A stretch of 64,000 nt of DNA from Balamuthia mandrillaris. Its lineage: Eukaryota. Under the pieces are notes generated by a model that was given only the letters and a program-made list of their open reading frames with translations, was not told where the DNA came from and made no database searches. Shown here piece after piece: positions 13,762-27,453 of this stretch (position 1 is its first letter; the number at the start of each line of letters is the position of its first letter). The stretch covers positions 186,001 through 250,000 of the forward strand of contig JAVKOQ020000014.1 of NCBI GenBank assembly GCA_031835245.2. Reading direction: 5' to 3'. The position numbers were made by a program, and so were the translations under genes.

Positions 13762-14624
13762 AGTTTGCTTACCCAAATTTCAACTTTATTTTGTTCTATG
13801 CAGGCTCAATTCGCCAAGAAATATGGAGCACAGAACGTGGAGCTCATCTCCAATATAAGTGTAAATAAGGAAACCATGAACCCAGACGTGTGTTACTTCC
13901 AAGTCGTCTCTGTAAGCCCCGACTTTGATCAAGGCGCTGAGGAACGTACTAGCCTGTGGGAAAAGAAATTCAATCTACGTAAGACCAACCATCCTCTCTT
14001 TGTTGCCAAACTTGCACTTACTAACGAACGCTTCAATGCCGATGATCAGATCGCTTTGTGTTTGAAACCCCGTTCACCAAGTCTGGCAAGGCCCACAGCG
14101 ATAAAATGGGCGAGCAATACAAGCGCAAGACCGTTCTCACCACCAAGAAAGCCTTTCCCTACGTCAAAAGCCGTCTCCCTGTGTTGAACAAGGAGGAGAT
14201 CATACTCTCGCCCATCGAGAACGCCATCGACTTGATCCGTGGCAGATGCGAGGCCCTGCGTATGGAACTGGATGTGGCCGCCCCTTCGACCAAAACGCTG
14301 CAACAAGTATTGCAAGGCAGCGTGCTGGTTCAGGTCAATGCTGGCCCCATCGAGATCGCACGAACCTTCCTTGCCGGGGGAAGCAACTTTGATGCCGCCC
14401 ACGTGAACAGCCTCAAGGAGAGCCTTCAAGAGTTCATCAAGCTGTGCCAGTTTGCCCTCAACATGAACAAGATGTTGATCGCGCCGGACCAGCTCGAGTT
14501 CCAGGTGCAGCTGGAGGCGGGCTACTACTCCCTCTGCAAAGAGCTGAGCACCTACCTGCCCGGCACCAAGCTGCCCACCTTGGTCCCCTCCAACGCCTCT
14601 TCCAGCGACGCGGACAGCACTTAA
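7011..14624 (+). CDS. Dedicator of cytokinesis (DOCK-C/D, zizimin-related) Rho-family GEF, multi-exon
   Basis: DP..DL.LFP.D N-terminal region; IEPFFASL.LFD...RLSE.FHF; DHR1/C2 (YVNHLYIYP, RNISVCVQL, P.FYNEVKLKLP); DHR2 (Y..SPDLRVTWL, FETPFT, KRKTVLT...FPYVK.RL, LQGSV.VQVNAGP). Pro-rich N-terminus. Confidence 0.93.
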
Positions 14625-14696
14625 CGGTTCTTTGCTTTGTGGTAAACAACAACACATTCTCTTTGGACCCCATATATTAATAGAATAGAATTCATG

Positions 14697-15050
14697 TTTT
14701 CTTTTTCTTTTTCTTTTTCTTTTTCTTTTTCTTCTTTTCTTCTTTTATTCTTTTTCTTTTATACTTTTTCTTTTATTCTTTTTTCTTTTTTTATTCTTTT
14801 TTTTCTTTTTTCTTTTTCTTTTTCTTTTATTATTTTCTTTTTTTTCTTTTTTTTCTTTTTTCTTTTTTTCTTTTTTTCTTTTTTTTTCTTTTTTCTTTTT
14901 TTCTTTTTTTTTTTCTTTTTTTTTTTCTTTTTTTTTCTTTTTTCTTTTTTTCTTTTTCTTTTTTTCTTTTTTTCTTTTTTTTTCTTTTTTTCTTTTTTTC
15001 TTTTTTTCTTTTTTTTTCTTTTTTTTTATTTTTTTCTTTTATTCTATTTT
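14697..15050 (+). repeat. T-rich low-complexity tract (T-runs interrupted by C)
   Basis: About 350 bp almost entirely T/C. Confidence 0.9.
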
Positions 15051-15179
15051 CTAATAATAGTTGTTGTACAGTTTGCATAAAAGGGCGTAACAGGAGGAGG
15101 AGAGAGCAACAACAACAACAACAACACAAAACGTTGCGGCGGGTGTGGTGGTGTTGCTTGCTGTTTGGGTTTGATTTGT

Positions 15180-18089
15180 ATGTTACTGAGCGGCGGCGGG
15201 GAGGAGGAACTGAACTCCAAAGGTGATGGAGGGGGCGGGCACGGAGGCGTCAAGGAGCAGCACCGCAGCTTGCGCGCAGTGCTGACAGGGCAAGGCCAGG
15301 AAGAAAACGACGACGAAGAAGAAGAAGGTGCTGGGCAAACTTCGACGGAGCAGGTGATCTATCCTTTGCTGCCGCCTTTGGAAGAAGATTCAGGAGAAGC
15401 GAGCGTGCAGGAGCGGCTTGCCGCGGTCTCCGGGGTCACCTCCACCGAGGAGGACACCAACAACATCATGCTTGCGCTGGGCCACCACCAGCACTACTTG
15501 GACGAGCCCTCTCACTTAGTGCGTTCCATTTACTCCTCTTCCTCTTCCTCTTCCTCTTCCTCTTCCTCTTCCTCTTCCTCTTCCTCTTCCTCTTCCTCTT
15601 CCTCTTCCTCTTCCTCTTCCTCTTCCTCTTCCTTCCTCTTCCTCTTCCTCTTCCTCTTCCTCTTCCTCTTCCTCTTCCTCTTCCTCTTCCTCTTCCTCTT
15701 CCTCTTCCTCTTCCTCTTCCTCTTCCTCTTCCTCTTCCTCTTCCTCTCTCACTCCGTCATCGCACTTTAGCAGCAGCCAGAAAGAAATGGAGATCTCCAT
15801 GACGAGGATCACGGACTGCAAGAAGAAGGGCATGAGGGGAGCTCCATGAGTTTCTATTCCACCCTTCACCTGGAAGAAAGTTTGATGGGTCCTTCTGCCC
15901 CTCTTCCCACCTCCGAAAAGAGAAGCACGCATGCAACCAACGCGAAATCGCAAGCAGGGGAATCACTGGTGTCGCACACTGCAGCAGTAACTGGACAACA
16001 ACCACAACACCATGAAATTCCATCAAACAACAACAATAGTGTTAGCTATGGCGGAAGGGAGCATGAAGCACGGCCTATTGACAACAACGGACGCTTGAGC
16101 GCGCTTGAGTTGTTAGCTGACCACGACCGCCACCTCGACAATCAGCATCACCCGAACCGATTTCATCCTCCTCATACCAATAACCACCACTTTCAACAAC
16201 AGCAACGGCAATATCACTCTCAACATCATCAACTCCAAACTGTTCGATCAGCAGAGTCCCGACATCACCCTCACCACCGACCACCACAAAGACAAGGAGA
16301 GCAAGTACCACCTCAAATGCACCCTTTAACTATGACAAACATAGGAACAGAAGGAGAATGTGAGGTGTTAGGACCAGCACAGCCCTCACCACACTCAACC
16401 ATAACCCCTCCTGACTACCATCCTTATCTCCAACCCCAATACCAACCTCAGCATCACCATCACGAACCACCTGCAGGAGTAGCGGGTGGAGAAAGAGCAA
16501 AGACAGGAGAAGAAGAAAACGAAGGAGGGACAGCAGGAGAAGGAGGCGGCCAGACCGCCGAATGTCCGCGTTTAAAGGAAAGGGAGGAAATAGCACGATA
16601 CGCCTACAAAACATGGTTGACCATCAAGCCAGGCCACAAGGAGATAAAGGACCGTTGGTGGGCTCTCTACTACAGCAAGATCCACCCGCAGTACCACCTA
16701 CGTGACAACTACCTAGGCAGAAAGATAAATACCTGGATCGATGAGGACTTAGAGCCACTCAAGCAGCAGTATCCTGAAAAGTTCGTGGAACGATCTCGTA
16801 GAGGGGGACCCGGCCGACCCCCAAAAGCCCGCTTCAACCAGGATGGCATGCCCGCCAAGCGCCGGAAGCCCAACTCCTCCAAAGAAGGCAGCTTGCCTGT
16901 CTACCTCAACGTGGAGCTCATAGACCCCAGCACCCGGTTTGGTTGCTGCTTGGACTCGAGTTCTTCTTCTTCTTCTTCCTGGTCTTCTTCTTCTTCGTCG
17001 TCTTCTTCTTCCACGGAAAGACCTCCCCTTCCCGACTACGTGGCCAAGCTTGCAGCCTGCTGCGTTGACGGTAACGTCCATTGGACCAAAGATAAGTTGG
17101 ATTTAAAGGTGGCGTGGTTCAAGGAGAACCGGAAGCAAATTATGGAGGGAGTACCCACTCTCCCCTCCACCAGCAAAAAGAAAAAGATCAAACTCCTTCA
17201 ACAACAGCAGCAACAACAACTCACGCTGAACGCTCCCTTGCCAAAAGTTGGTTGCCTTTATTCTCGTCAAAACCGTCACCCTCCATTTCATGCTCACACC
17301 TTGCTATTATTTCTTTATTCTCCTTGACCATCGCAGAAACGTAACGCCGATCATTCTACTATTCAACAGGGAGCAGCAGAACCTTCCTCTTTTTCCTCTG
17401 CTTCTCCTTTCTTTTGCAGCACAGCGTTAGGTACACAATGCACTCTTCCATCGCAACATCAACAAAATGGGTCATCATTGATGTCAGACGCCGGTCATAT
17501 GAGGCTTCGTTGTAACGTGGAGTGGATCAGGACTGATATTTGGCAAGCTTCTGATGCCTATCTCCTCGAGATGGACATTCCCGGCATTCATCATCCTGAT
17601 AGAGACCTTCTTGTGCAAACGGATGGCAACAAATTGGTCATCAAGGGCGAACGAAAGTCTTTAACTTCAACCCTCTTCTCCACCACCTCTCCTTCCTCTT
17701 CTTTCTGTATTCCCAACAACGTGACTCAACTGAGAGATGGGACGGGACTAGAAGAAGAGCAGCAAACAAACAAAGGAGGGCGCGAAGATGAGCAGCAAGC
17801 AACTTCCTCTCTCCCTTCGCCTGCTTGTTCATCTCACTCACAGCATCTCCCTAGCAACAGCAACATAAACGACAGAAAGGAAAAAGAGGAAGAGGAGGAA
17901 GAACAACAAGGCAGAGCAGCGGTGATGATGAAGCAGCGGCCGCTTGGTTCTTTCAACGTGGAGGTGGATCTCCCACCAGACGCGGACACGGCACGCACGG
18001 AGCAGATTTATTCGAGTGGTGTCCTCTCCATCAAAGTTCCGTTGAAGAATTATGAGTGGCGCACGCTCAACGTCCTTCATCTGAGTTGA
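15180..18089 (+). CDS. Large low-complexity protein with AT-hook-like motif and C-terminal HSP20/alpha-crystallin domain
   Basis: Phase-0 introns 15519-15770 and 17247-17336 join three in-frame exons. GPGRPPKAR motif. C-terminal TDIWQASDAYLLEMDIPG...L.V..DGNKLVIKGERK...R..GSF...V.LP.DAD.......SSGVLSIKVP is an alpha-crystallin domain split by an insertion. The 5' end is uncertain. Confidence 0.65.
15534..15743 (+). repeat. (CTTCCT)n microsatellite in intron
   Basis: Near-perfect hexamer array. Confidence 0.95.
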
Positions 18090-18251
18090 TGTGGCATTTT
18101 TGTGTTATTTGTTATTTTTGTCCATTTGTGATTTTTGTTGGTTTTTTTTTCTCGTTTGTTGTATGATGACAATCAGGATAAGTTGAAGGTTGACCATAAT
18201 AAACTCTGTGTATATAACTCTATCTCAGGTTGATTCAGCAGTGGTTCTCCT

Positions 18252-20392
18252 TTACCACCGCTTCTCTGCGATGGACGGCCGCCAATCCACCGGATGGGTC
18301 TCTGGTGTCTGCAAAAGCAAATAAAGATATCAGAAAAGAGGGATGGAGGCGCAAAGGAGATGAGAGAAGTGAGATGAAAGAACAAACCGCTGTTTCATCC
18401 TCTTTCCAAATCTTGATGGTTTTGTCGGCTTCAGTGGTGATAAGACGGGTTCCTGTCTGGTCAAAAGTGGAAGCGTAAATTGCCGCCTCGCAGTCCAGCG
18501 AGCCCGGTTGTACCATTGTTTGCAGCCGCTGAAAGTTATACCCGGTCTTCCAATCCCAAAAGTAAAGACTACCGTCATCGCCTAGAATAGGAAGCAGGAA
18601 TGGAACTTAGTCAAACAAAAGATAGAGAGAGAGAGAAAGAGAGATGGCAAAGTTAATTTAAGGAGAACTGTAGCAAAACGTACCTCCAGTGACTAATACG
18701 TTATCAGAGTTTAGCGCCATGGTGTGGAGAATAGTATTATGTCCACTGAGATTATGTAAAAAGTCACCATCCGGTAACTTCCACTTCTTGATGTTGTCTG
18801 CAGAGCCAGAGGCAAATGTGTACTCAGAGGGATGCATCTGCAATGCCCTCACACCCTTCTTGTGGTGTGTGAGAGTGACAGCGCACTTGCCAGCGGCCAA
18901 GTCCCACATCTTGACGGTGCAGTCCATAGAACCGGTCAAAATCTGAGGATCCACGGCTTGGGTGGCCAAGCTTCCCACTGTGTGATTGTGTCCCGCTAGA
19001 CAATGTACTTCGGCTTTGGTGCGAATGTCCCACACGCGAGCAGTCGAGTCTCTGCCTCCTGTCACCAGAACGTCTATAGTAGGATGGAGAGCGAGGCAAT
19101 AGATGCCGCTGAGATGACCGTGGTACTGGCGGATGACCTTGTTGTACTCGAGGTCCCAGCATTTGATCATCTTGTCCTCGCCCGCGGAGAAGAGGTAGGG
19201 ATGCCGAGGACTTACCGCCAGCCCTCGGGGAGTATTGATGTGACCTGTGAGTGTTATCTTCAGCATACCTGATGCCAAATCCCATACCTTTGTAGTAACA
19301 AGACAGAAAAAAATAAGAGACCGGGAGAAAAGAAGATTTAAAATGAGTCGATACCTTAATGGTACGATCGGCAGAACCTGTGACAAACCACTCGTTACCG
19401 GGTTCAACAGCGACGGATCGCACCCATCCCAAATGCCCACTGATGGTCTGTGTAGTTTTTAGCCAAAATGAGAAGTTCAGTTATAAGCAAGACAACAAAA
19501 ACGAGCAGATGGTAGAGGGGATAGGGAACCCGCATGAGTTTCCAAGGAGCGTGCCACTCAGGCTTTTCGAGCTGAATGTGTCTACTGCGTGCCAACGCTG
19601 TGGAGGTAGGCGCCTTGAAAGGCGTGTCAGCTCCTGAGGTGGCGCCTTGGTAGGCCACCATGGCTGTCGATGTTGTTGTGGTTCTCTCATCTCTTTTGTT
19701 AACAGGAATAGTGTCCAATATCTTTTTGAATTGGCTTTCGGCTGCCACCTCCGTTACGTCTTCTTCCTCCTCATTAACATCTTCTACAGTTATGCCTGAA
19801 CCAACCAAACAAAATGACGCAGTAAGGTCAATAACCAGCTAGCAAGAGGAGCAGAGAGCAGAGAGCAGAGAGCAGAGAGCAGAGAGCAGAGAGCAGAGAG
19901 GCAGAGAGCAGAGAGCAGAGAGCAGAGAGCAGAGAGCAGAGAGCAGAGAGGCAGAGAGCAGAGAGCAGAGAGCAGAGAGCAGAGAGCAGAGAGCAGAGAG
20001 CGATGAACTAAAAACGCAAAGAGAAAGGATAGAAAGGCAAGAGGAGACAAACCTGGTTCAGTAGGATGAGGATGTACTCCTTTAACAGTAGTCGAAGAGG
20101 AAACATCCGTGGCAGCAGCAAGACGTGCCGCTTTCGGTGGGGGTGGAAGCATTTGCGAGCGCTCAGCTCTTCCAGTTGCTTTCGCGGCTGTCGGCGGCTG
20201 TTTCACCGGCGGCATGTGCCTTACGGCAGAGTACTCCCCTCCGATCTTGACGCCCAGTCGCGCTCTCTGAGCTTGAGCATCCTCCGGCACCCTGCTGCCC
20301 AGATTCCATAAATAGAATTCCAACGTCCTTTTGCGATGCTGCAAAACCCTTTCCACCAACTCCTTCCCTTCCACGGCAACCCCTTCCATCAT
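18252..20392 (-). CDS. PLRG1: Pleiotropic regulator 1 / Prp46 WD40 splicing factor, multi-exon
   Basis: [93 protein letters not shown]. Confidence 0.97.
19851..19999 (+). repeat. (GCAGAGA)n heptamer minisatellite in the first PLRG1 intron
   Basis: About 20 tandem copies. Confidence 0.95.
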
Positions 20393-20759
20393 CTGTTTGT
20401 GTCGTGTGTGTGGCTTTCCTTTCTTTTCTTTTTTTGTTTGTAACGAAGAATAAAGTGCTCCTCAAGCGAATATTCTTTTCTTTTTCTGCCGACATTGCTG
20501 ACGTAATTCGGGGATCTCAAAATGACCTGGTTTGCTGCAGCACACTTTCTTTTTTCGCGCAGAAACGCTGCTCCGTTAGACTTGTTTTCGTGCAGTAATT
20601 GCGCTCTTGAAGACCGCAGTGGGTTTTTTGTGAGAAAAAGGAGGCATGAAAGAAGAAGAAGACATAAATATATCTTTATTATCCATAACGCACAGTTTTT
20701 AACCAATAGAATAGGTATAATAAACACAGGAAGGAGGTTGGAGAGAGAGAAGTCTATCT

Positions 20760-21582
20760 TCACAATAAAATGATGATCATGCTGACAACCGTGGCAATGC
20801 CGGCAAGAGCAACGACGAGTCCCACACCCACCTTGTTGGCCTCAAAGAAGCCATCGTTCAGCAGCTTCAACACCCGGAAGTAGCGCAGCGTGGAGTACAT
20901 CAGGAAGACGGCGCCTATGATCACGAACAGCGCCCCGCACAGCTGGGAGTAGTCCACCAGCTTCAGCTTGGCCACCGCCACGCCAAGCCCTATTGCGCCC
21001 AATGCTGTCCTTAACCACGCCAGGAATGTCCTTTCGTTGGCCTTTTGTTTTCGATTGGGGGTAGGTTTTTAGATGGTGAAAAAACTGAGGAGAGAGAGAG
21101 GTTGAAAGTTGAAAAGAGAGAGAAGGGAAGAGAGAGGAGAGAGGAGAGAGGAGAGAAGAGAGAGGAGAGAAGAAGAGGAAGAGAGAAAGAGGAAGACTCT
21201 AAAACAAGCAGAAAGAGAAGGAAACATGCTGCACAGAAAAGAGAAAAAACGGAAATAGGACTCCGAACTGAAGAGAGAGAGAGAGTTGAAAGTTGAAAAG
21301 AGCAGAACCAAAGGAGAAGAGAGAGAACAAGACAACGAGACAACGAGAGAGTACCAAGTGGTCACGAGCATGACTGCCTTTATTTTCTGTGATGTTGTTC
21401 GAGAAGAGGGTGGAGAAGAAGGAGGATTTGCCGTTGTCCTCCTCTCCTATCTCCATGGACTGCTCCATGGCCATGTTACGCGCGCTGTTGTGCTCGGACT
21501 GCAGGTCGATGAGGGCGCCCACGCCGCCACCAGCAGCAAAGTGCCGTCCTAGTTGGGGGCTGTCTTTGGGAATTTCGCTCAT
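20760..21582 (-). CDS. DUF202 (YidH/VTC1-like) small membrane protein, 2 exons
   Basis: Splicing across the intron (~21042-21353) yields ENKGSHARDHLANERTFLAWLRTALGAIGLGV followed by about three hydrophobic segments. Confidence 0.88.
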
Positions 21583-21981
21583 TACTGAATGCGTATGTTG
21601 TTAGGGGTCGTTGTAAGGATCCACAAAAAAAAGAGGAGAGAGGGAGTTTAAACCTTCTTTCTTCCTTTCTTCCTTTTTCTGTTTTTCACGTTTAGGTTGC
21701 TCCACTCTAAAAAAAGTAAAAATGTACAGAAAAAGGAAAAAAAGGCGAGAAGTATTATCGTGTCGTCATGATGAGTTGATGACGTCAGGACTATGTAGTG
21801 AAAAGCAGTGTTTGGCATCTGAAGCATGTGAGGCATGAGGAGCATGGAAAGAATGCGTGCAGTGCGATTCTTTACGTCAACAGAAAAAAAAGATTGGAAA
21901 AAAAAAGAGTAGTGGCAACGCATCGATCGATTAACGGACAAGGAAAGGGAGAGAAATCAAAACACAGTTTCTTTTAAAAAA

Positions 21982-24349
21982 ATGGAACCATCGGAGCAAA
22001 GGTCTTTGCTACGAGATCACCATCAGCAAATGAAAGAGAAGGAACAGGTTGAGGAAGTCTCGGTGGAACCCGAGGGTGTGGGCGATGAAAAAGAGTTGGG
22101 TTCATCTTTCACCACCGCTCAATCTCATCCTTCGCCTCATCATCAACACTACAAGTAACTCTTGCTTTTCTTCCTCATCGCCTTCTTTGTTCTTCTTGTT
22201 TTTCATTGTTTTATTTTGAACAAAAAAAAAATCTGCTCACTACTCGTTTTCGTTTTGTTTTTTTCATCTTCAGCCAAAGAAAGATGTCTCACTCGCTTCG
22301 AATGGGGCATCACCACCGACGAAGAATGGACCTCAAGCTTTTGAGCTTTGTGGTGATCGGTCTGCTTACCTTGATCTACACATTGGGAGAGCTTGGTGCT
22401 GCCATCTACCTCCATTCGCTTGCCCTCCTATCTGATGGCTTCCACAACTTGTCTGATGTTGTGTCCTTGTACATAGCCTTTTGGGCCACACGGGTTGCTT
22501 TCTCCATTCTCTTTTGTCTTTCTTCTCTTCTTTTTGTTCTCTGTTCTGTTCTCGTCTCCTCTCTCGCTCTAACCTGCTCTCTCTCGCTCTCTCCCTTCTC
22601 TTTCTGTTTGTCTTTGCCTCATATGGTCTTTTATTATGGAGCCAGGCGGCTAAACGTCAAAGCAGCGACGCGATGTCTTATGGCTGGGTACTGTGACCTT
22701 CGTTCAATTGTTGAGGGTTGTTCATTACATCAGCTGACCTCCTTATTCTCCCAACAAAAAGGTGCGGTCAGAGATATTGGGAGGGCTTACCAATGGTTGC
22801 TTCCTCCTCTCTTTATGTTTGTACATTGTGCTGGAAGCAATTCCTCGCTTTGTTTGGCCTCCAGGTTGATCATCCCTTCTCTCACGCTCTCTACTCTCAT
22901 CAATGACATTAACGCTGACGCATGCTATACCCACAGAAATTGAAGCAGGATATCCATTTATTGGGATTGCTGCTGCAGGTTAGTTCTTCTTTGTACACTA
23001 GCATTCCATAAGAGCCATCTTTCTTACGATCATGTCTGATATGCAGGTTTGGTTGTCAACACTATCGGTACTGCAGTATTTGCTGGTATATGTTTCTTTA
23101 AGAACCCTAGCCACCCATATTAGTACTCTAAAGCCTTTTCCATCTTTCTTTCCTGCTGTTTGTATTAAATGCAGTATCTGGACTTTCTCATGGTCACTCT
23201 CACGGAGGGCACGGCCATTCCCATGGGGAACAAGGTCACTCCCACAAAAAACGAAAAAAGGAGCATCATCGCCATCATGGAGAAGCTGCTGAATCTACTG
23301 CTACAGGCGATAGTGATGAAGTTGATTTTGCACGTCAAGTCAGGAAACGAAGAAAAGTAAGACCAACTCTGTTTTTAACTTCCTCCTCTTCTCTTCTTTT
23401 CTGCCCTCTAATGCGTACAACCTTTAGGACTGGAATATGTGGGCCGTATTCATACATTACTTGGGAGACATGATTTCATCATTCATTGTACTCCTCACTG
23501 GCATTCTCCTCCACTTTGTTTCTGGAAAATGGACACTTTATATAGACCCTGTTTCAAGGTTCTCTCTCTCTCTCTCTCTCGTCGCTTACTGAACAATTAA
23601 TGTCATTATCCATTCTGATTACCACGCTCAGTTTGTTGATCGTAGGCATCATAATATACACAACGGTTCCTCTAGGTTTGCACCCTTTCTTTTGTGTTTC
23701 TGATGATTATCACATTTGTGCCTTCTCTCTCACTATAATGCCTACAATGCAGTTAAACAATGCTCATTGATATTGTTGCAAAGTACACCTTCTGATGTCA
23801 GACTTAGTAAGCTTCGCCAAGACCTGCAAGCAGTAACTGGTGTAGAGAGCGTTCATGGTACAGCCGCAATTTCTACTTTTTCTGTATTCTCTCTAACGTC
23901 CTTTGCGTCTCCTCCTTATCCTTCCTTTGATTCTTTGTATTTGTCCTTCTTCTTGTCCTTCTTGTTCTTGTTCTTGTTCTTCTCTTTTTTTCTCTTCAGA
24001 TTTACACGTGTGGCAACTTGTCGATGGAATGTTCATTGGCAGTGTTCATTTACACATGGAAGAGGGCATTCCTTTCACGCCTACCATGAACCGCATTAAA
24101 GAAATTTTCCATGATTATGTAAGCACTTCGTTCTCTCTGCTTCTCTCTTCTTTGAAGTTAACTGACAAACATTTACGTTAGGGAATCCACTCGACCACCA
24201 TTCAACCCGAGTTCGTGCCAAAGAACCATCCCATCAAACAGTTTTGTGAGACCAACTGCGTGAGGGAATGCACCGAAGATTGGTGCTGCGCCAACTTGAA
24301 GCACACCGACCTCGCCCACTCTCATGATCGTGGCTCCCACCATGTATAG
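21982..24349 (+). CDS. Cation diffusion facilitator (ZnT1/SLC30A1-like Zn/Co/Cd exporter), multi-exon
   Basis: [29 protein letters not shown], His-rich loop ([12 protein letters not shown]), [29 protein letters not shown], Cys-rich tail. Confidence 0.93.
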
Positions 24350-24719
24350 TTGTTTCATTTTTTTTTTAATTTTGTGCACCACCCCTCACCACCCCTCACC
24401 ACCTTGTGCATTGTTCTCTCTCTCCCACTTTTATTTTATTATTTACCCTGTGAAATCATGACGACGCGAATATACTTGTGTCGACAAAAATACAACCCAA
24501 CACATTTTTTTCGTTCCCATAATTTTCTCAGAGAAGAAACCCTCAACCAAAAAAAAACCGCCTTTCCGTCACGAATAAAATAAAAGGTAGCGCGAGAGAG
24601 AGAGCGTGAGGGTGAGAAGAGAGAAACAGTGTCACACAAACAAACAAAAAAAGGGGGGGAGAAACAGACACAAGAGACACACAAACAAACAAAGGAGGAA
24701 AAAAAAACACCCTTGGAAA

Positions 24720-27453
24720 ATGGAAGTCATCAGCAAAGAAAAGGTGGAGGAGGGACAAACGCCCCAGCAGCAGGAGAACAAGAAAGCGGCCGCCAAGAAA
24801 AAGAAGCAGGAGGCCGCTGCCGCTGCCAACGTGCCGTTGCCCGAGTTTGTCCCTCACAGGATCAGGCTCTTTGAAGAGCTCAAGGAGAAACAGCTGCAAG
24901 AGAGCAGTACGTATTTGCATGCTCTTGTCTCCACCTCTCTTGTGAGGGAGAACTAACAAGGGGCTGAACACGCAGTCGCGAAGGACGTGAAAATCAAGAT
25001 CTTGCTTCCCGATGGAAGGGAGATGGAGGGCGTTGCTGGTGTGACCACGCCTCTGAACATCGCTGAGAGCATCAGCAGGAACCTGCGTGATAACACTGTG
25101 GTTGCCAAGGTTTGTTCATTGATGTTGATTTCACTCTCCTCTTCTTCCTCCTCGTCATTTATTCATTCTCTCGGAATGAATGTGCACACCTTGCTTTTTG
25201 CTGACTTGTCTGACGTGCTTGGCGTTGTCACAAAACACTTAAAAAATTTCAAAAAAAAAACAGGTGAATGGAGAGCTTTGGGATGCCGTTCGTCCTTTGG
25301 AAGGAGACTGCTCCATGGAGCTGTTGACGTTTGACTCGGAGGAGGGCAGGAAGGTGTTTTGGCACTCGAGCGCCCACATCCTGGGTCAGGCCCTGGAAAG
25401 AAAGTATGGCTGCTTGCTTTGCACGGGTCCTCCCCTAGCTGAAGGAGGCTTCTTCTACGAGGCCAGAATGCCTCAACCCGACTTGAGGTGCGTGCCTTCC
25501 CTTGCCTCCTTTTTCCATCTTCTGTTCTTGATATCTTAACCTTATGAAACACCATGACGTACAGCATTTCTTCCGAAGACTTCCCTGCCATCCAAAAGAT
25601 CGTGGACACCATTATCAAAGAAAAGCAACCCTTTGAGCGCCTTAGCGTACCCAAAGACGTTGCTCTCGAAATGTTCCAGTACAACCCCTACAAGGCCAGG
25701 ATCCTTGCCAGCAAAGTCCCCGAAGGTGGTCACTGCACTGTTTATCGTTGCGGCACACTGGTTGATCCCTGCCGTGGACCTCATGTTCCCTCCACTGCCT
25801 TTGTGAAGGCTCTCAAAGTCACGATGGCCTCCAGTTCTTACTGGCAGGGCAAGGCAGAGAACGATGTGCTGCAAAGAGTCTTTGGCATTTCTTTCCGAAG
25901 CCAGAAGGAGCTGAAGGAGCATCTGGAGTTGTTGGAGAAGGCTAAGCAACGCGACCACAGGAACGTCGGCAAGGCGCAAGAGCTCTTCTTCTTCCACCCG
26001 CTTAGCCCTGGCTCTTGCTTCTTCCTTCCTCACGGCGCTCGCATCTACAACAAGCTGCTCAGCTTCCTTCGCGCTGAGTACAGGAACAGAGGTTTTGATG
26101 AGGTCATCACGCCCAATATGTACAACAGCAAATTGTGGGAGGTCTCTGGCCACTGGCAAAACTACAAGGACAACATGTTCACGTTTGAAGTGGAGCAACA
26201 GCCTTTCGCCCTGAAGCCCATGAACTGTCCTGGCCACTGTCTCATGTTCAAGCATCGCACGCGCTCTCATCGCGAGCTGCCCATTCGATTTGCTGACTTT
26301 GGAGTGTTGCATCGTAATGAACTGAGCGGCACTCTTACTGGCCTCACGAGAGTCAGGCGTTTCCAACAGGATGATGCTCACATTTTCTGTGCTCCTGACC
26401 AGGTTTCATTCAACTCTTCATTTCTTCTCTCTCGCTCTCGCTCTTCTCCCTCCTCCTTCCTCTCGTCCATCTATTTATCATAACATTTCTGCATGTGATT
26501 TGTAGATTGAAAAAGAGATCAATTCTTGCCTAGAGTTCATGCAACACGTTTACGGCATCTTTGGTTTTGAGTTTGATCTCGAATTGTCCACGCGACCTGA
26601 GAAGTATCTCGGTGAAGTTGAGCTGTGGAACAAGGCTGAGGAGGTTTGTTTTCTCCCTTCTCTTTCTTAGTTTCTTTTACCAACCCCCTTTTTTTCTAGC
26701 AATTGAAAGTGGTGTTGGACAACTTCGGAAAGCCATGGAAGCTTAACCCAGGAGACGGCGCCTTCTACGGACCCAAGATCGACATCCACATCCGAGATGC
26801 TCTGAAGCGCAGCCATCAATGTGCCACCATCCAATTAGACTTCCAATTGCCCATTCGCTTTGAGTTAGACGTACAAATCTTCTCTTTCTCTATTCTTATT
26901 GTTAACGATTCTAATGACCACTGTGATGCACTATTAATAGTTCCAAGGCTCTTCTGAAGAATTGGTTCGTCCAGTCATGATTCACCGCGCTATCTTTGGC
27001 TCTGTGGAGAGGTTCATGGCCATCCTCATCGAACACACTGGTGGCAAATGGTTTGCTCTCTCTCTCTCTCTCTCTTCTTTCTTTCTTTTCTCTTCTCCTT
27101 CTCACAAAACAAACTCAAAACATGAAAACAGGCCGTTCTGGATCTCCCCGAGACAATTGATAGTGATCCCGATCGCCAAAGACCACCACGAGTACGCGGA
27201 GCAAGTCCGCCAACGCCTCCACGACGCCGGCTACTATGCCGAAGTGGAGCTCAGCGGAAAGAGCCTGGAGAAGAAAGTGCGGGAGGCGCAGCTCGCCCAG
27301 TTCAACTTCATCCTGGTGGTGGGCGCGGAGGAGGTCGCCTCCCAGAGCGTTAACGTCAGAACGAGGGACAGCGAGAAGAAGGAGCGCGGTAAGCCGGTCC
27401 CCTTGAACGAGTTCCTGCAGCAATTGGAGGACTTGGTCAAGAGGCATCAGTAA
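24720..27453 (+). CDS. TARS1: Cytosolic threonyl-tRNA synthetase, multi-exon
   Basis: TGS domain, [76 protein letters not shown], anticodon-binding domain. Confidence 0.98.

Noticed and set aside
14697..15050. Poly(A)-tail remnant of a retroelement
   Set aside because: No adjacent RT/endonuclease sequence or target-site duplication seen; treated as low-complexity DNA, possibly a 5' intron.
19851..19999. Regular repeat array considered as CRISPR-like
   Set aside because: Simple 7-bp tandem repeat with no spacers, inside a spliceosomal intron; no cas genes.
25542..26381. 279-aa antisense ORF in ThrRS (similar ones at 14046-14657 and 61248-61832)
   Set aside because: Typical antisense openness caused by codon bias in GC3-rich exons.
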